NCBI RefSeq assembly: GCF_018977255.1
Contig: NW_024704743.1
Coordinates: 115,384,001 to 115,448,000 of the forward strand
DNA: 64,000 nucleotides
Source: Callorhinchus milii
Lineage: Eukaryota
Direction: 5' to 3'
Under the pieces are notes generated by a model. That model made no database searches, was not told where the DNA came from, and saw only the letters and a program-made list of their open reading frames with translations. This document shows positions 24,881-37,690 of this stretch, in pieces (positions within the stretch are counted from its first letter, which is position 1; each line of letters begins with the position of its first letter). Made by a program: the position numbers and the translations under genes.

Positions 24881-25271
24881 AACGTAGAGTTTCTACATAA
24901 GCTGCTCACAAACCAGGTTTACATTTTAAAAAGCTTTTGTTTAGCAGATAAATGTACCTCACTACATTTCAGTCATACAAACCAGGAACTGGGTCCCAAG
25001 TTCGAGCTGAATAAATTGATTTCAACTAGGTGGTTGCTAATAATTGCCACTGACTTATGGCAATTATTGGGGGGGGGGGGGGGAGAATAATCTGATCTGC
25101 ACTTGTTTCTGTGGAACAAACTTGATGGTCAACAATCAGTTAATTTCTAGTTAACATTAATTAATGTAAATCTATAAAGCACTTTTTTATGTGTTAAATG
25201 CATTGTATAAATGTAAGTTGTTGCAGAGTACAAATGTGATCACTGGGAAAGAACAGGATTGGATTCAGAAC

Positions 25272-26000
25272 AGCAACAACAAAATTACATTTAGAGAGCG
25301 CCTTTCACGTCGGGAGGACGTCCCAAAGCGCTGAACAGTCAGGTGTTGGGGCCTGAGCATGGGGGAGGGGGGTGGTGTAGGGGTGAGGGAAGGCAGAGAG
25401 GTGGGAGGGAGACCAAAGGCACGGTCGAAGAGAAAGGTCTTGAGAGCAACCTTGAAGGAGGCAAGGGAGGAAGCGATGCGAAGGGACCGTGGGATGGAGT
25501 TCCAGAGTGTGGGGGCAGAGAGGCTGAAAGCTCGGCCACCGATGGTAGAACGGGTCGGGCGAGAGACATGGAGCCCGATGAACGGACGGAGTGGGCAGAT
25601 TGGTAGGGAGTCAGCAGGTCAGAGGTAGGAGAGGGCAAGGCCATGGATGGCCTTAAAAGTGAGGACGTGGATCTTGAACTCGATCCTCTGGGGGATGGAC
25701 ACCAGTGGAGTCGGGCGAGGGTGGGAATGATGGGGTCACGGAGTCTGGTGCATGAGAGTACACGAGCTGCAGAGTTTTGGATGATCTGCAGCTTGTAAGA
25801 GAAGAGTTGGGAAGGCTATTATGAGGAGCGAGTTTCCATAATCAAGCCTTGAGGTGACGAATGCATTGTGAGAGTTTCAGCAGCCTGAGGGGTGAGGCAA
25901 TATTGCGGAGGTGGTGGTAGGCAGTGCCAGTCATGGCGCAGATGTGGGGGAGAAAGGACAGTTCAGGGTCAAACAAGATACCCAGGTTCCTGACAATGTT
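25272..26000 (-). mobile_element. L2 3' part
   Basis: VRNLGILFDPELSF; tail with acgtcgggaggacgt stem-loop. Confidence 0.87.
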
Positions 26001-26052
26001 TGAACTGATCATTTCAAAAAGTTGAATCAAATCATTAAGCATCTACACATCA

Positions 26053-26412
26053 AATAATAATTCTTGCATTTGATATAGCACCTTATCACATCTTTGAGAC
26101 ATCTCAAAGCACTTCACAGAATATACTGTAAAGTGAATTGACAGTATGCTTTGTGGGTGAATCATGGCAGCCAATTGCACACAGCCGTGTCCCACAACAG
26201 TTGTGGATTGAGTGACCAATTTTTTTTGAAGGAATTATTACCCCCAGAAAAGCGATCTGCCAATGGATTAACAACCGGGTTCCTATTTACTAATAGGTAA
26301 ACAGGTGTGTGTGGAGTAAGGAAACTTGCCTAACGTTTCGTTCTGCCAGGAATCGAACCCAAATCACTCGCTTCCAAGGCGAGTGCTCTAACCACTGAGC
26401 TACAGTACTCCA
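26053..26412 (-). mobile_element. tRNA-derived SINE, long/older subfamily
   Basis: Full head-to-tail copy; possible TSD catcaa. Confidence 0.87.
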
Positions 26413-27117
26413 TCAATGCCACTGCAGTAGCTTTACTATGTGAACACTTAAGAGATACAGTGGGAAAAGCATCAGATAAACATCCTCGGTAATCTCGGAT
26501 CTATCAGCACAGAAAAAAGCTGATGAATTTACTCAATTACAATCAGTTGACACATAGAATAACAACCAATGTGGTACACGGAAAGAATTAATATCATTTG
26601 TGAAAATAAGAAACGCTGAACAAAATAGAAACCAAGTTTCTGTACAATGTCATTTTAGCCATAAATATTTACTTAAAAAAAGTTGCGAAAACGTGTTAAT
26701 AAAACAGTGAGTGGGAAACCGTGTGTCGATTCAGCGGGAGACGGTTTTGCAGTCATTCGTTTTCACTTTTTTTTAAATATAAAAAAAGGCAAAAAAACAT
26801 TTAATAATAATAATAATAATAATAATCGTTGCATTTGATGCATTTGATGACCATTGTCATTGAGACGTTTCACAGAATGCATTACAAAGTGGACTGGACT
26901 GGATATTTTGGGGGTGAAACAAGACCTTTGGAGCCACTATTTTTTCCACACTCGATATTTTCTTTATTTTAAAAAAAAAGACGAACTTGGGAGACTTCCA
27001 GGGAAACAGGAACCGGTGGGAGCCGACGAGTGAATAGAGGAGGAGGAGAAGGAGGAGAGGAGGAGGAGGAACTGCTGGAGAGTTACGAAGCTCTGCGAAC
27101 GCCTTCGCTCTACGGCA

Positions 27118-27250
27118 AACGCGCATTCGTTCCCGATATATACAGTCAATTCACTTTACAGTGTGTTCTGTGAAGCGCTTTGGGACGTCCTCCCGACGTG
27201 AAAAGCGCTATATCAAATGCAAGGATTATTATTATTATTATTATTATTAT
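27118..27250 (+). mobile_element. 3' half of a young SINE
   Basis: tatacagtcaattcactttacagtg...gcaaggattattatt. Confidence 0.85.
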
Positions 27251-27620
27251 CACCAGGAAAAAAAAAAGGATCATTTTTTTTTGTTTTGAAAACTAAACAA
27301 CTAACCCGAGAGAGATGATAAAAAAAAAGTGTGCGTCTTCCCAAGAGAAACGACCCCCCAACAACAAACATCTAAAGTCCCGATCGCCACCTCCGCGTTA
27401 ACTGAACAGAAAACGCTGTTTTGACAGTTACTGAGAGAGAGAGAGAGAGAGAGAACACATCATTTTTTTTAAAAAAAAAGAAACTTAATTCAACTTAAGA
27501 CTTAAAAGTACGAACCTTTTTGAGCATCGACACCGGCTTTCCCTCCCCCCCCCCCCCCTCCCCGACAAAACAAACACGTCTTTAAAATAAAAAGGGAAGA
27601 AACTCAGGGCCTGCGCTCAC

Positions 27621-27800
27621 CTGATGATTTTTCTTTTTCTCTCCCTCTCTCTCTCTCTCTCCTCCACATCTGTCTGTAGACGTGTCTTTAACTACAATTA
27701 ATAATTATCTCTCTCTCTCTTCCGCCGCACGAAGAGCACCTCCGCTCCTCTCTCTCTCTCCTCTCTCTCTCCTCCCCTCAAGGAACCTCTTCGCAGCGAA
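27621..27800 (-). other. DENND3: Probable non-coding first exon of DENND3 (5' end approximate)
   Basis: Strong donor CAG|GTGAGC at 27621/27620, immediately downstream (on the minus strand) of the CpG-rich core. The transcription start cannot be fixed from sequence. Confidence 0.55.
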
Positions 27801-27952
27801 ACGATGAGGAGAACAAAAAAAGTTCGTTATCGGCCAATCGCTCGCGACGGCGCGCGTGCGTGCGCGCGCGCGCGAGCGCGAGCGCGAGTGGTCAGCCCGA
27901 GCGCGCACGCGCCGGGCGCGCTCCCGGTTCAAACCGCCGCCGCCGCCGCCGC

Positions 27953-28408
27953 CAACAACAACAACGACAACAAGGTTGCGTTTGTAGAGCGCCTCTCACG
28001 TCGGGAGGACGTCCCCAGGCGCTGGACAGTTGGGTCAGGACCCGAGCATCTTGTGGGGGGGTATGGTCAGGGTGAGGGGTGGGAAGGGAGGAAGGGAGGG
28101 AGCGAGGAGGGGGTAGAGAGTCGAGAGGGGAGCTGAAGGCTCGGTCAACGAGAAAGGTCTTGAGACCGGCCTTGAAGGAGGAAAGGGAGGAGGCGGCGAA
28201 GGCACTGGGGGATGGAGTTCCAGAGCCTCGGGGCTGAGAGGCTGAAGGCCCGGCCACCGATGGTAGGGCGGTTGGGGCAGGGGATGTGGAGCAGACCGGA
28301 GCCGGAGGGACGGAGGGTACGGGCAGGTAGGTAGGGGGATAGTAGGTCGGAGAGGTAGGAGGGAGCGAGGCCGTGAATGGCCTTGAAGGTGAGGATGAGG
28401 ATCTTGAA
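27953..28408 (-). mobile_element. Young L2 3' fragment abutting the DENND3 CpG island
   Basis: FKILILTFKAIHGLAPSYL, GGRAFSLSAPRLWN; CpGs retained. Confidence 0.9.
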
Positions 28409-28629
28409 AAAACCCACACACCTGTCTTTCAGATATTATTAAGTTCCACCTCGCATTTTTTTATTCTCTCACGAGATTCTTCCTCCTCCCCACCTCGACT
28501 CGGTAGCAGGAGCTGTATCAAGTACAAGGATTCTAATCTATCCGTGCGATCCTTATCTAACCCGCACCCATGTGTTCGTCATATCAAGGCTCAATTACGG
28601 AAATTCCCTCTGCCTTCCCAGCTCTTCCC

Positions 28630-29160
28630 TTCATAAGCTGCAGATCATCCAGAACTGCAGCTCGTAGTACTCTCGTGTGCCAGGCACCGCGACCCCATCA
28701 CTCCCACCGTCGCCCGACTCCACTGACTCCCCATCCCCCAGAGGATCGAGTTCAAGATCCTCATCCTCACCTTTAAAGCCATCCATGGCCTTGCCCCCTC
28801 CTGCTTCTCTGACCTGCTGACTCCCTACCAATCTGCCCGCTCCCTGCTTTCAGCGGGCTCTGGTCTGCTCCATGTCTCCCGCCCGACCATCGGTGGCCGG
28901 GCTTTCAGCCTCTCTGCCCCCATACTCTGGAATTCCATCCCACGTTCCCTTCGCCTCACTTCCTCCCTTGCCTCCTTCAAGGCTGGTCTCAAAACCCTTC
29001 TCTTCAACTGTGCCTTTGGTCACCCTCCCACCTCTCCGCCTTCCCTCACCCCAAACCACCCTTCCCCCATGTTCGGGCCCCGACACCTGACTGTTCAGCA
29101 CTTTGGGACGTCCTCCCGACGTGAAAGGCGCTCTATAAATGTAATTTTGTTGTTGTTGTC
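28630..29160 (+). mobile_element. L2 3' fragment
   Basis: LQIIQNCSS, KILILTFKAIHGLAP; tail gggacgtcctcccgacgtgaaaggcgctctataaatg...ttgttgttg. Confidence 0.9.
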
Positions 29161-29224
29161 CAATTGGCAAGCAAGCTTTCAGCCATTCTGTCTCCGCTTT
29201 AGTCCTCTGGAGGGTAACAGGATG

Positions 29225-29440
29225 CTGGGCAAAAAAGTATCGTTGACATTTAGCTGCAGGAATTTTGAGCTCATCCAGGCCTTGATTTCTGACAGACAAG
29301 CTGACAACATCAGCTGAACAGGACCTGGAGTCCCAGCTGGATGAGGAGAAGTAGATTTGGGTGTCATGGGCATACATGTGGAAGTTTACCCCATGTCTAC
29401 AGATGATATTGTCGAGAGGGAGCATGTCAATGAGGAAGGA
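29225..29440 (-). mobile_element. L2 RT fragment
   Basis: [27 protein letters not shown]. Confidence 0.8.
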
Positions 29441-30365
29441 ACATTTAAATATAACAACATTTAAAAAGGAAATGGATAAATACCTCAGGAAAATTTTAAA
29501 GGGCGTGGTGAAAGAGTACAACAATGGATTATAACAGTTAACATCTCTGAACTGTGAGAAGGAAAAGTTTTTTGAGGATGGGGTGAAGGCTTCTGTTTTC
29601 AAGGGGGTGGGAACAGTGCCAGTTGACAGAGAGAAGAGGTTCACGATATCTGTTAGATGGGGGCAAGGAGGTGGAGCTGGGAAGTGAGGATAGGGGTAGG
29701 GTTGGTGATGGGTTTTCTCATGTGTCAAACACCTGGCTGACCAAAAAAAAGATAAATTAGTAAATCATTAATAGTCCAGGGAAATATTTAGCTCAAGGCA
29801 TAATGCCTATAAATAATTCACTGAGTAAGTAAATAAATGATCAATCACCTTAAATAATTATCAGACTGAATGAATAATTAATTACCTGAGCTGGATGTTT
29901 GGTTTCTTAGCTGAAGGGGATAAATAATGATTGCATGAAATAAATTATTTCACTGACTAAGTAATCAATTTACTTAAAATAAATAAATCTCTGCCTTAAG
30001 ATAATAAATACTTTGCTCACTTGGTGTTGATTAAGTAAAGAATTTATTTACTTTTTTTCTTTACTTCAATATGTTATTTTCAAACCACTTATTTCCTTCT
30101 CTATTATACATCTAAGGAACCTTTTTAACAGGCTATTCACATATTTTCCTTCCCCAAAGTTCAAACACTATCTCTGTTTTATCACTCCTATTCGATGTAC
30201 ATTTGGTTTGCTAAATATCATAATCTTGAATATTGGAAGTCCTCAAGTATTTATCCAGTTTCCTTTAAATGTTATGAATGATTTGGTAGCAATAGCCTTT
30301 CATGATGCATTATATATTTCTAACAACCCTCGATGCAAAAACTCTTCTTTATAAATTTTAAACTT

Positions 30366-30551
30366 CAGGGTGGTCCAACTGACGGCCCGCGGACTGATTT
30401 CATCCGTGCCCCCCTCCATTTCCCGCTCCCTCCGTAACCCATAAATCATTTGTTTCTGGAAGGGAAACACAAAAATATTGCTTTGGCGGCCAGGGGGCGT
30501 TTCTCAAATAGGGCATCTGGTCCTCAGCAGCCAAAAGATTGGACCACCCTG
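30366..30551. mobile_element. hAT-like MITE (186 bp)
   Basis: 13-bp perfect terminal inverted repeats CAGGGTGGTCCAA / TTGGACCACCCTG and subterminal ggcccgcgg; no 8-bp TSD visible. Confidence 0.65.
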
Positions 30552-30717
30552 CACAGGCAAAAGCATGTTGAATTGGGAAATGCAATACTACTAGGTATGT
30601 GGGGAAATTAGCATCCCTAAAAATCTTGCATACATGCGCACACTTTCACAATTGTCCCGCTTGCACACAACTTGATTTTTTTCCAGAATCTCTCACATTT
30701 CAGTTTGGGTTAGTCTG

Positions 30718-31085
30718 AATAATAATAATAATCCTTGAATTTGATATAGCGCCCTATCACGAGACGTCTCAAAGCGCTTCACAAAATAAACTGTAAAGTG
30801 AATCGATATATACTCTGGGCGAAATGCGGCAGCCAATCGCACACTGGTGTCCCACAAACAGAAATGGACAAAGTGACCCAACGGCTATTGTTATCTTTTC
30901 ATTCATTTATTTTTTTGAAGGAATCACTACCACCAGAAAAGCGATCTACGAATCGACCAACCCACTGTCATATAAACAGGCGTGTGGAGCAAGGAAACCA
31001 GTCAACGCCTCATCCCACCAAGAATCGAACCCAGGTTCTTTCGCCCATCAGGCAAGTGCCCCAACCACGAAGCTACAGGATGGGG
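30718..31085 (-). mobile_element. Diverged SINE, long/older subfamily
   Basis: Tail, body and head (aatcgaacccagg...gctacagga). Confidence 0.8.
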
Positions 31086-31514
31086 TAAGACAAACGGTGC
31101 ATAAAACCAACAAACTAACCTGATGAGTATTGAATCTTAAAAAAAAGTACTCAAATGGGTGCACTTCATCGTTTAGTTAAAATTAACCATAAATATAACC
31201 ATTAAATATTAATCTCTAAAATATAATAAAAATGCCTTTCAGTTTGATCAACACTCAGCCTACACCTAGACCAAGGACAGTGTCTCTACATTTGCACTTC
31301 TTTTGGTCACTATCAGTGAGGCACAAAGCAATATTCTCTTGTTTGAGAAAACATTGACAAATACTGTTAATTTGAGGGGGGACAAAAAGCAGCTCATGAC
31401 AATCAGGTCATTGATCTTTCCTGGTTCCTGAATCCTAATGAATCTTGTAACTACTCAATCAAAAGTCATCTCTTTAGCAACGTCTGTACTCCAGCATGCT
31501 TCATTCAGGCTGCA

Positions 31515-31835
31515 TGTGGACTCCTGCAGCTCAGTGGTTAGAGCACTCGCCTTGCAAGCGAGACACCTGGGTTCAATTCCAGGCAGGGCGAAACCTTGGG
31601 CAAGTTTCTTTACTCCACACACCTAATAGTAGTATTACAAAAAAAACAATAATAAAATGGTCATTTTCAATCCACGACTGTTTGTGGGACATTGCTGTGC
31701 GCAATTGGCTGCCGTGTTTCGCCCACAAATATACAGTCAATTCACTTTACAGTCTATTCTGTGAAGTGCTTTGAGACGTCGAGAAGACGTGAAGAGCGCT
31801 ATATCAAATCCAAGGATTATTATTATTATTATTAT
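31515..31835 (+). mobile_element. tRNA-derived SINE (short body, gagacgtcgagaagacgtg tail)
   Basis: A/B boxes, Deu-like body, (TAT)n tail. Confidence 0.88.
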
Positions 31836-31980
31836 AGGGTAAGTAGCAATTTTGAAAATTCAGGAAAAAGAACTTACGTTATGTTTAGAACCTTACTGTA
31901 ATATGCCCTCTCATTAAGAATGATTAATAATATCAATGGTATTCGGTATTAGAATATGCCCTTTCTATTATAATATACCC

Positions 31981-32340
31981 CATCCTGTATCTCAGTGTTT
32001 GGAGCGCTCGCCTCGCAAGCGAGAGGACCTGGGTGCGATTCCCGGCAGGTCGAAACATTGGGCAAGTTTCCTTACTCCACACTCCTCTGTTCACCGAGCA
32101 GTAAGTAGGAACCCGATTGTTAGTTAATTGGTGGATCGCTTTTCCAGGGGTAATAATTCCTTCCAATAAATAAATAATTAATAAATGATAGGTAGGCAGG
32201 CAGGTAGGTAGTAATTTGGTCATTTAATCCATGACTGTTTGTGGGACACGGCTATGCACAATTGGCTGCCAAGTTTCGCCCACACAATATACATTCAATT
32301 CACTTTACAGTATATTCTGCAAAGCGCTTTGAGACATCTT
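31981..32340 (+). mobile_element. SINE, long/older subfamily, tail truncated
   Basis: Head plus ctctgttcaccgagcagtaagtaggaacc segment. Confidence 0.82.
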
Positions 32341-32344
32341 GGAG

Positions 32345-33082
32345 TAGAAACCTCGGTGTCTTTTTCAACCCTCAGCTATCCTTCAAACCCCATGTTCATG
32401 CGGGACCCATTTTGCCTTTCCCCACCTCTGCCACATTGCCCGCCTCCGCCACTGCCTCTGCCTGCTGGCTGATGAGACCCTGATCCATGCTTTTATAACA
32501 TCCTAGCCTGACTATGCCAACTGCCTGCTCACTGGCTTTCCCAACTCTTCCCTCCACCAGCTGCAGATTATTCAAAACTCTGCAGCTCATGTCCTCTCCC
32601 ACACCAGGCTCCGCGAACCAATTACTCCCGTTCTTACCTGGCTTCACTAGCTTCCCATCCCTCAGAAAATTGAGCATAAAACCCTCTTTCTCACTTTCAA
32701 AGCTCTCCACAGTCTTGCTCCCCCCTATCTCTCCGACCCTATCCCATATCAGCCTGTCCACTCCTTCTGCTTGGTAGACACCTGCCTCAGGTCCCCCGCA
32801 CTTCCCGCCCCACCATTGGCGGTCGGTTACTTATCAACTTTGCCCACAGATTCTGAAACTCTATCCCGCAATCCCTCCGCCTCACCCCCTTGCCCCTTTC
32901 AAGTCCCATCTAAAGACCTTCCTCTTCGATTGTGCCTTCGGACACCCTCCCACCCCATCTCCTCTGTCCTCCACTCGTCCTGACCCCAACTCCCAGCTCG
33001 GGTCCAAAACCTTTGACTGTCCAGGGCCCTGGGATGTCTTTTCGGCATGAAGAGCGCTATACAAGTGTAATTTGTTGTTGTG
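32345..33082 (+). mobile_element. Degenerate L2 3' part
   Basis: aacctcggtgtctttttcaaccctcag (NLGVFFNPQ); tail agagcgctatacaagtg..ttgttgttg. Confidence 0.82.
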
Positions 33083-34826
33083 TTGTTACCCTGAAGATGT
33101 GATAAGGTGCTATATCAAATGCAGGGAATATTATCCATAAGTACCCATATTTCCTTCTCAACGTGTTATTTTGGGGAGAAGTTTTACTCAGTTTTATTCA
33201 CAAATTTTTTGGTCAGCACTGAATATCATGGCTACCAACAAACCAACATCCTTAATCTAATTGTATTGCTTGAACTGCCATTACACCAGGGTATTTGGCC
33301 ACAGCAGTACTGGATATCCTGTCAGTGCATGTTACAAGGGAATAGCTAGTTATTCTTTGTCACCACATGTCAAGCTACCAACCTTTCTTCAAAATTAAGA
33401 GGTTATTATTACTTGTCAAAATGCAAAATACAGTACCAAATTTATTAAGACGAAAGGTTAAAAAAATTAACATAACAATATATTGTATTGTCACAATTAT
33501 TTGCATCAGAAGTTACGCCTCGGCATCCTTTTGCAACCCAATTGACTCTGCTGCGCCCTCCCTTCTCTCGGTTAACACTGGACTGTTTTACATCCACTGC
33601 CCAATCCAGCCTAATATCGGTGGGTAAGTTTTCACCCCTGAGCTATGGAACCCCACCTGACCTCTGGCACTGACTAAGCCAGCTGTGCTAAAAATATAGC
33701 CAACTACTAAATCGTCAGATTGTCTTTTTGTTTAGTCAGCCAAGTGTCTGATACATGTGAAAATTCATGCTTAAGAGTATGCAGATCAGATGAAAGATGA
33801 GACTTAAATCCACAATTTTCTGACTTAGAAGCGAGACTATTATCTACTGCGATAATAATCAAAGAATTGCAAAATAATGTTGTGGGCCATTGATCCAGAA
33901 ATGGTTAATAGCCTTGAGTTCAAAGCCAATAGTTCAGGTTCTGACACAAATAAGTGTTTTCTTTAAGACTCCATGCCTTTTTAAAAATCTTAATATCTTT
34001 CCTGTTGTAAAAAATTTAATTTGCTTCTTTTCTCATTCTACATCATTAACTCACAATATAGCCATCTTTAAATCTTATTAACAAACTGAATAAAGTAGAA
34101 CTAGAAATCAGTGACATTGTAATACACCCTTCCAGACACTTGATGGCAGAAATAGAACAGTATTTGTATTTTTGGCCATCCTCATCCTGAATATGTACAG
34201 TAAGATAACAGATTGCTGATGTTTGCCATTGGTCTGAACTCAGTCTTTTGTCTAAATATTGCTGTTTTGTTAAATGGTGGTTCTTAAAGATTCTCAGAAG
34301 TGCAACTCCTAGTGGATCCTATCGAAAGATTTAGAATATATTTACATAAATTTGTGGATCTTATCTGATAACTGAAGCCAAATACACCAAATGTGCAGGT
34401 TAAAAAGTTTGAGGTGTTATATTAGGGTTGAAATAGTTTTGCTGGTTTATTTGCCATGGGGGCTATGACAAAAGTGACAATCACCGACTCAGTGGCTAGG
34501 TCAGATGTGAGCTCTTGATTTACTTTATATAAAAGTTAGAAACTGTCTCTTCAAACAAACAAATGTATAATAATAATCCTTGCATTTGATATAGTACCTT
34601 ATATCATTGAGACATCTCAAAGTGCTTCACTTCTGTACTATACTGTAAAGTAAATTTACTGTATATTTTGTGGGCAAAACGCGGCAGCCAAATGCGCACA
34701 GCAGTGTCCCACCTACAATCATGGATTGAGTGACCAATTTTTTTTCCCTTCTACAAAGAAATATTGACCCTTTCTTTTCTTGAGTTCTTGTTCTTTGAAG
34801 GCATGGTATTGGTTGCGAGTGGTGTT

Positions 34827-35150
34827 ATAATAATAATAATAATAATCCTTGCATTTGATATAGCGCTTTTCACGTCGGGAGGACGTCCCAAAGCGCTTCA
34901 CAGAACACACTGTAAAGTGAATTGACTGTATATTTGTGGGCGAACGCGGCAGCCAATTGCGCACAGCAATGTCCCACAAACAGTCGTGGATTGAAAATGA
35001 CCAATTTATTATTGTTTTTGGTTTTGGAGGGATTATTATTAGGCGTGTGGAGTAAGGAAACTTGCCCAAGGTTTCGCCCTGCCTGGAATTGAACTCAGGT
35101 CTCTAGCTTGCAAAGCGAGTGCTCAACCACTGAGCTACAGGACTCCACAA
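34827..35150 (-). mobile_element. Young tRNA-derived SINE (an older SINE 3' half lies just left, 34568-34740)
   Basis: Near-consensus copy; TSD gtgttat at 34822-34828 and 35152-35158. Confidence 0.92.
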
Positions 35151-35384
35151 AGTGTTATTCATGGATTTGAGCTGTTAGATGATATAGGACAGTTTTATAA
35201 ATTTTGACTTGTGGTAAGACCATGATATAAGGTTCAAAGTTTGGACTTTCAACAAAGATCACTGGATCATAATTGTGAGTTACAATTCTGATTCCAAGCT
35301 CCCCCCCACCCCGCACTCCATCTCTTATTTTGTCACTACACCATTGGCAAAACTTTCCCCTTTCATAATAGTACCCCGTTCTCA

Positions 35385-35800
35385 CAGAGCAGAGGAACAG
35401 GAGTAGGCCATTCGGCCCATCAAGGCTTTTACGCTACTTTCCAAGAACATGGATGATCCACAACTCAATTCTATTTCACCAACGTCTCTCCATATCTCTT
35501 CATACCCCTGTCTATCAAGCACATATCTATGTTACTTTTAAATTTTTCAATTGACTCTGCTTGAATTCCACACTCCCAGCACCCACTGCGTGAAAATAAT
35601 ACTTCTGTATTTCATTTCTAAATGGTTTAGCCTCCAGTTTAAGACTATGGCCTCTAAACCTCAATTCTCTCGCCAAGGAAACGACTGCTCACTATTCAGC
35701 CTGTTAAAGCCCTGCATAATTTGGTATACCTCGATCAAATCACCTCTTAATCTTCTGAACTCGAGAGAAAACAATCCAAGTTTTTCCACACTTTCATCAT
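35385..35800 (-). mobile_element. Degraded CR1 3' fragment
   Basis: ggaacaggagtaggccattcggccc terminus; atcaaatcacctcttaatcttct (antisense RRLRGDLI). Confidence 0.75.
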
Positions 35801-36535
35801 AATTTAGGCCCTTGACTTTGTGCTAACCCTCCCCCCCCCCACCCCGACAGCTTAAATTGTCTTCACTCTACTATTGAATCTTTCTCCATAGAAACTTTCT
35901 TTCAACTAATCAAAGAGCAGCATTGATAGCTATCTTATCCAATCCACACAAATCTAGACATGGTTGTAGTTTAGGTGAAATAATTAGTTTTCTGTGACTG
36001 ATTTTTATGTGAAATATTTGAGTACAAATAGTTACATTTCTCTGCAGTACCATTATTTAGTTCCCAAAGTGTTTTTTTAAAAAAACAAGTTCAATTCATA
36101 CAGAAGGATAATTCTTAGCCTCTTAACATATAATACACAAGCAACGTTTATTTTAGGTATACTTAACCACATTGTATCCGCCTGCAGAGATAATGGTTTC
36201 CTTTCATAACTCTACTACGGAAGTTTGTGGTAACAGTCTTTTGGACAAAGGAAACCAAGATTAGCCATTAGACATCATTAATACAAGCAAGAATTAGATT
36301 ACAGCAAATTTATTGAAGAGTAATACATTTGTTTAAAAGTTGAAGGTATCGACAGTAATTATAAATACAACTATTTTAAATATCAAATTTTATCCATGTA
36401 AAGATTTGAAAATTATTTGTTATCATTATTGTATTGAAATATCAGGTTGAAATACATACATATACATAAAATTATACTAGCGCAGATTTTGGAAAAGTTT
36501 ATATTTTTATCAAGTTATATTCAAATTGCATATAC

Positions 36536-37205
36536 AACAACAACAAACAATAACAAAATTACATTTATAGAGCGCTTTTCACATCGGGAGGACATCCCAA
36601 GGCGATGGATAGTCAGAGGTCAGGACCCGAGCATGGGGGAGGGGTGGTGTAGGGCTGAGGGAAGGCAGAGAAGTGGGAGGGCGACTGAAGGCACTATCGA
36701 AGAGGAGGGTCTTGAGACCGGCCTTGAAGGAGGCAAGGGAGGAAGCGAGGTGAAGGACTGTAGGATGGAGTTCCAGAGTGTGGGGGCAGAGAGGCTGAAA
36801 GCCCGGCCACCAATGGTAGGGTGGGTCGGGTGGGAGACATGGAGCATGCCGGAGTTCGCTGAACAGAGGAGTCCTGTAGCTCAGCGGTTAGAGCACTCGC
36901 TTTGCAAGCGAGAGACCTGAGTTCAATTCCAGGCAGGGCGAAACCTTGGGCAAGTTTCCTTAGTCCACACGCCTTATAATAATCCCTCCAAAAAAACAAA
37001 ACAATAATAAATTGATCATTTTCAATCTACGACTGTTTGTGGGACACTGCTGTGCGCACTTGGCTGCCCCGTTCGCCCACAAATATACAGTCAATTCACT
37101 TTACAGTATATTCTGTGAAGTGCTTTGGGACGTCTAGAAGACGTGAAAAGCACTATATCAAATGCAAAGATTATTATTATTAGAGGGAGCGGGCAGGTTG
37201 TAGGT
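36536..37205 (-). mobile_element. L2 3' fragment interrupted by a plus-strand SINE (36867-37180)
   Basis: GGRAFSLSAPTLWN; L2 sequence ctgaacaga|gggagcgggcag resumes after the SINE tail. Confidence 0.87.
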
Positions 37206-37429
37206 ACTGAAATTAGCACAAATTAATTTAAATTGTAGTCCAAACTGTAGCATAACATTGGAGTAAGTATGTAATGTGCTGTCTGGTAAACTTGACTTAC
37301 ACCCTTATAGTGAGAAATTCCATTACGAGGGTAAGTACAAACAGAATACTTACTTCATCTCACTATATCAATATAAATATATCGATAGAAAATAGTCCAG
37401 CAATATAAAATAGTCACAAATAGATCAAA

Positions 37430-37690
37430 TAGGGACGTTAGAAGAAATGTCTTCACACAGAGAGTAGTGGGAATGTGGAACATGCTACCAGAAGGAGTTG
37501 TTCAGGCAAATAGCATAGATGTATTTAAGGGAAAGCTAGATAGGTATAGGGGGGAGAAATGAATAGAAGGTTACGCTTGAAGGCTTAGTTGGAAAGAGTA
37601 GGAGGAGGCTCACGTGGAGCATAAACACTGGCATAGACCAGTTGGGCTGAATAGCCTGTTTCTGTGCTGTATAATCTAATGTATTCTAAT
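37430..37690 (+). mobile_element. CR1 3' UTR fragment
   Basis: ttcacacagagagtagtgggaatgtggaac...gggctgaatagcctgtttctgtgctgtat. Confidence 0.78.

Larger units (their letters stand above)
81..27800 (-). other. DENND3: DENND3 gene span (5' half; 3' exons lie beyond window start)
   Basis: Twelve minus-strand exons splice in frame to a protein matching my recollection of vertebrate DENND3 (MADVLPSAILEICVVLGAS...LPQLCFPG...HFLVFTDVFG...[18 protein letters not shown]...[17 protein letters not shown]...[12 protein letters not shown]...SPRRPT...SMPNL): uDENN/cDENN/dDENN region. Confidence 0.93.
26960..27955 (-). promoter_or_regulatory. CpG island / DENND3 promoter
   Basis: Dense CpG in an otherwise CpG-depleted window. 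Contains CCAAT (ggccaatc, ~27832-27839), a (CG)n run at 27851-27886, an NRF1-type GCGCACGCGC at 27903-27912, (GCC)n at 27934-27953 and (CT)n/(GA)n tracts. Confidence 0.75.

Noticed and set aside
28850..29728. 292-aa minus-strand ORF
   Set aside because: A patchwork of L2 RT fragments, a CR1-like piece and an antisense L2 tail.
29750..30120. AT-rich region with repeated taaat / ttcactga.taagtaa words
   Set aside because: No regular period or spacer structure. Not a CRISPR-like array and no assignable element.
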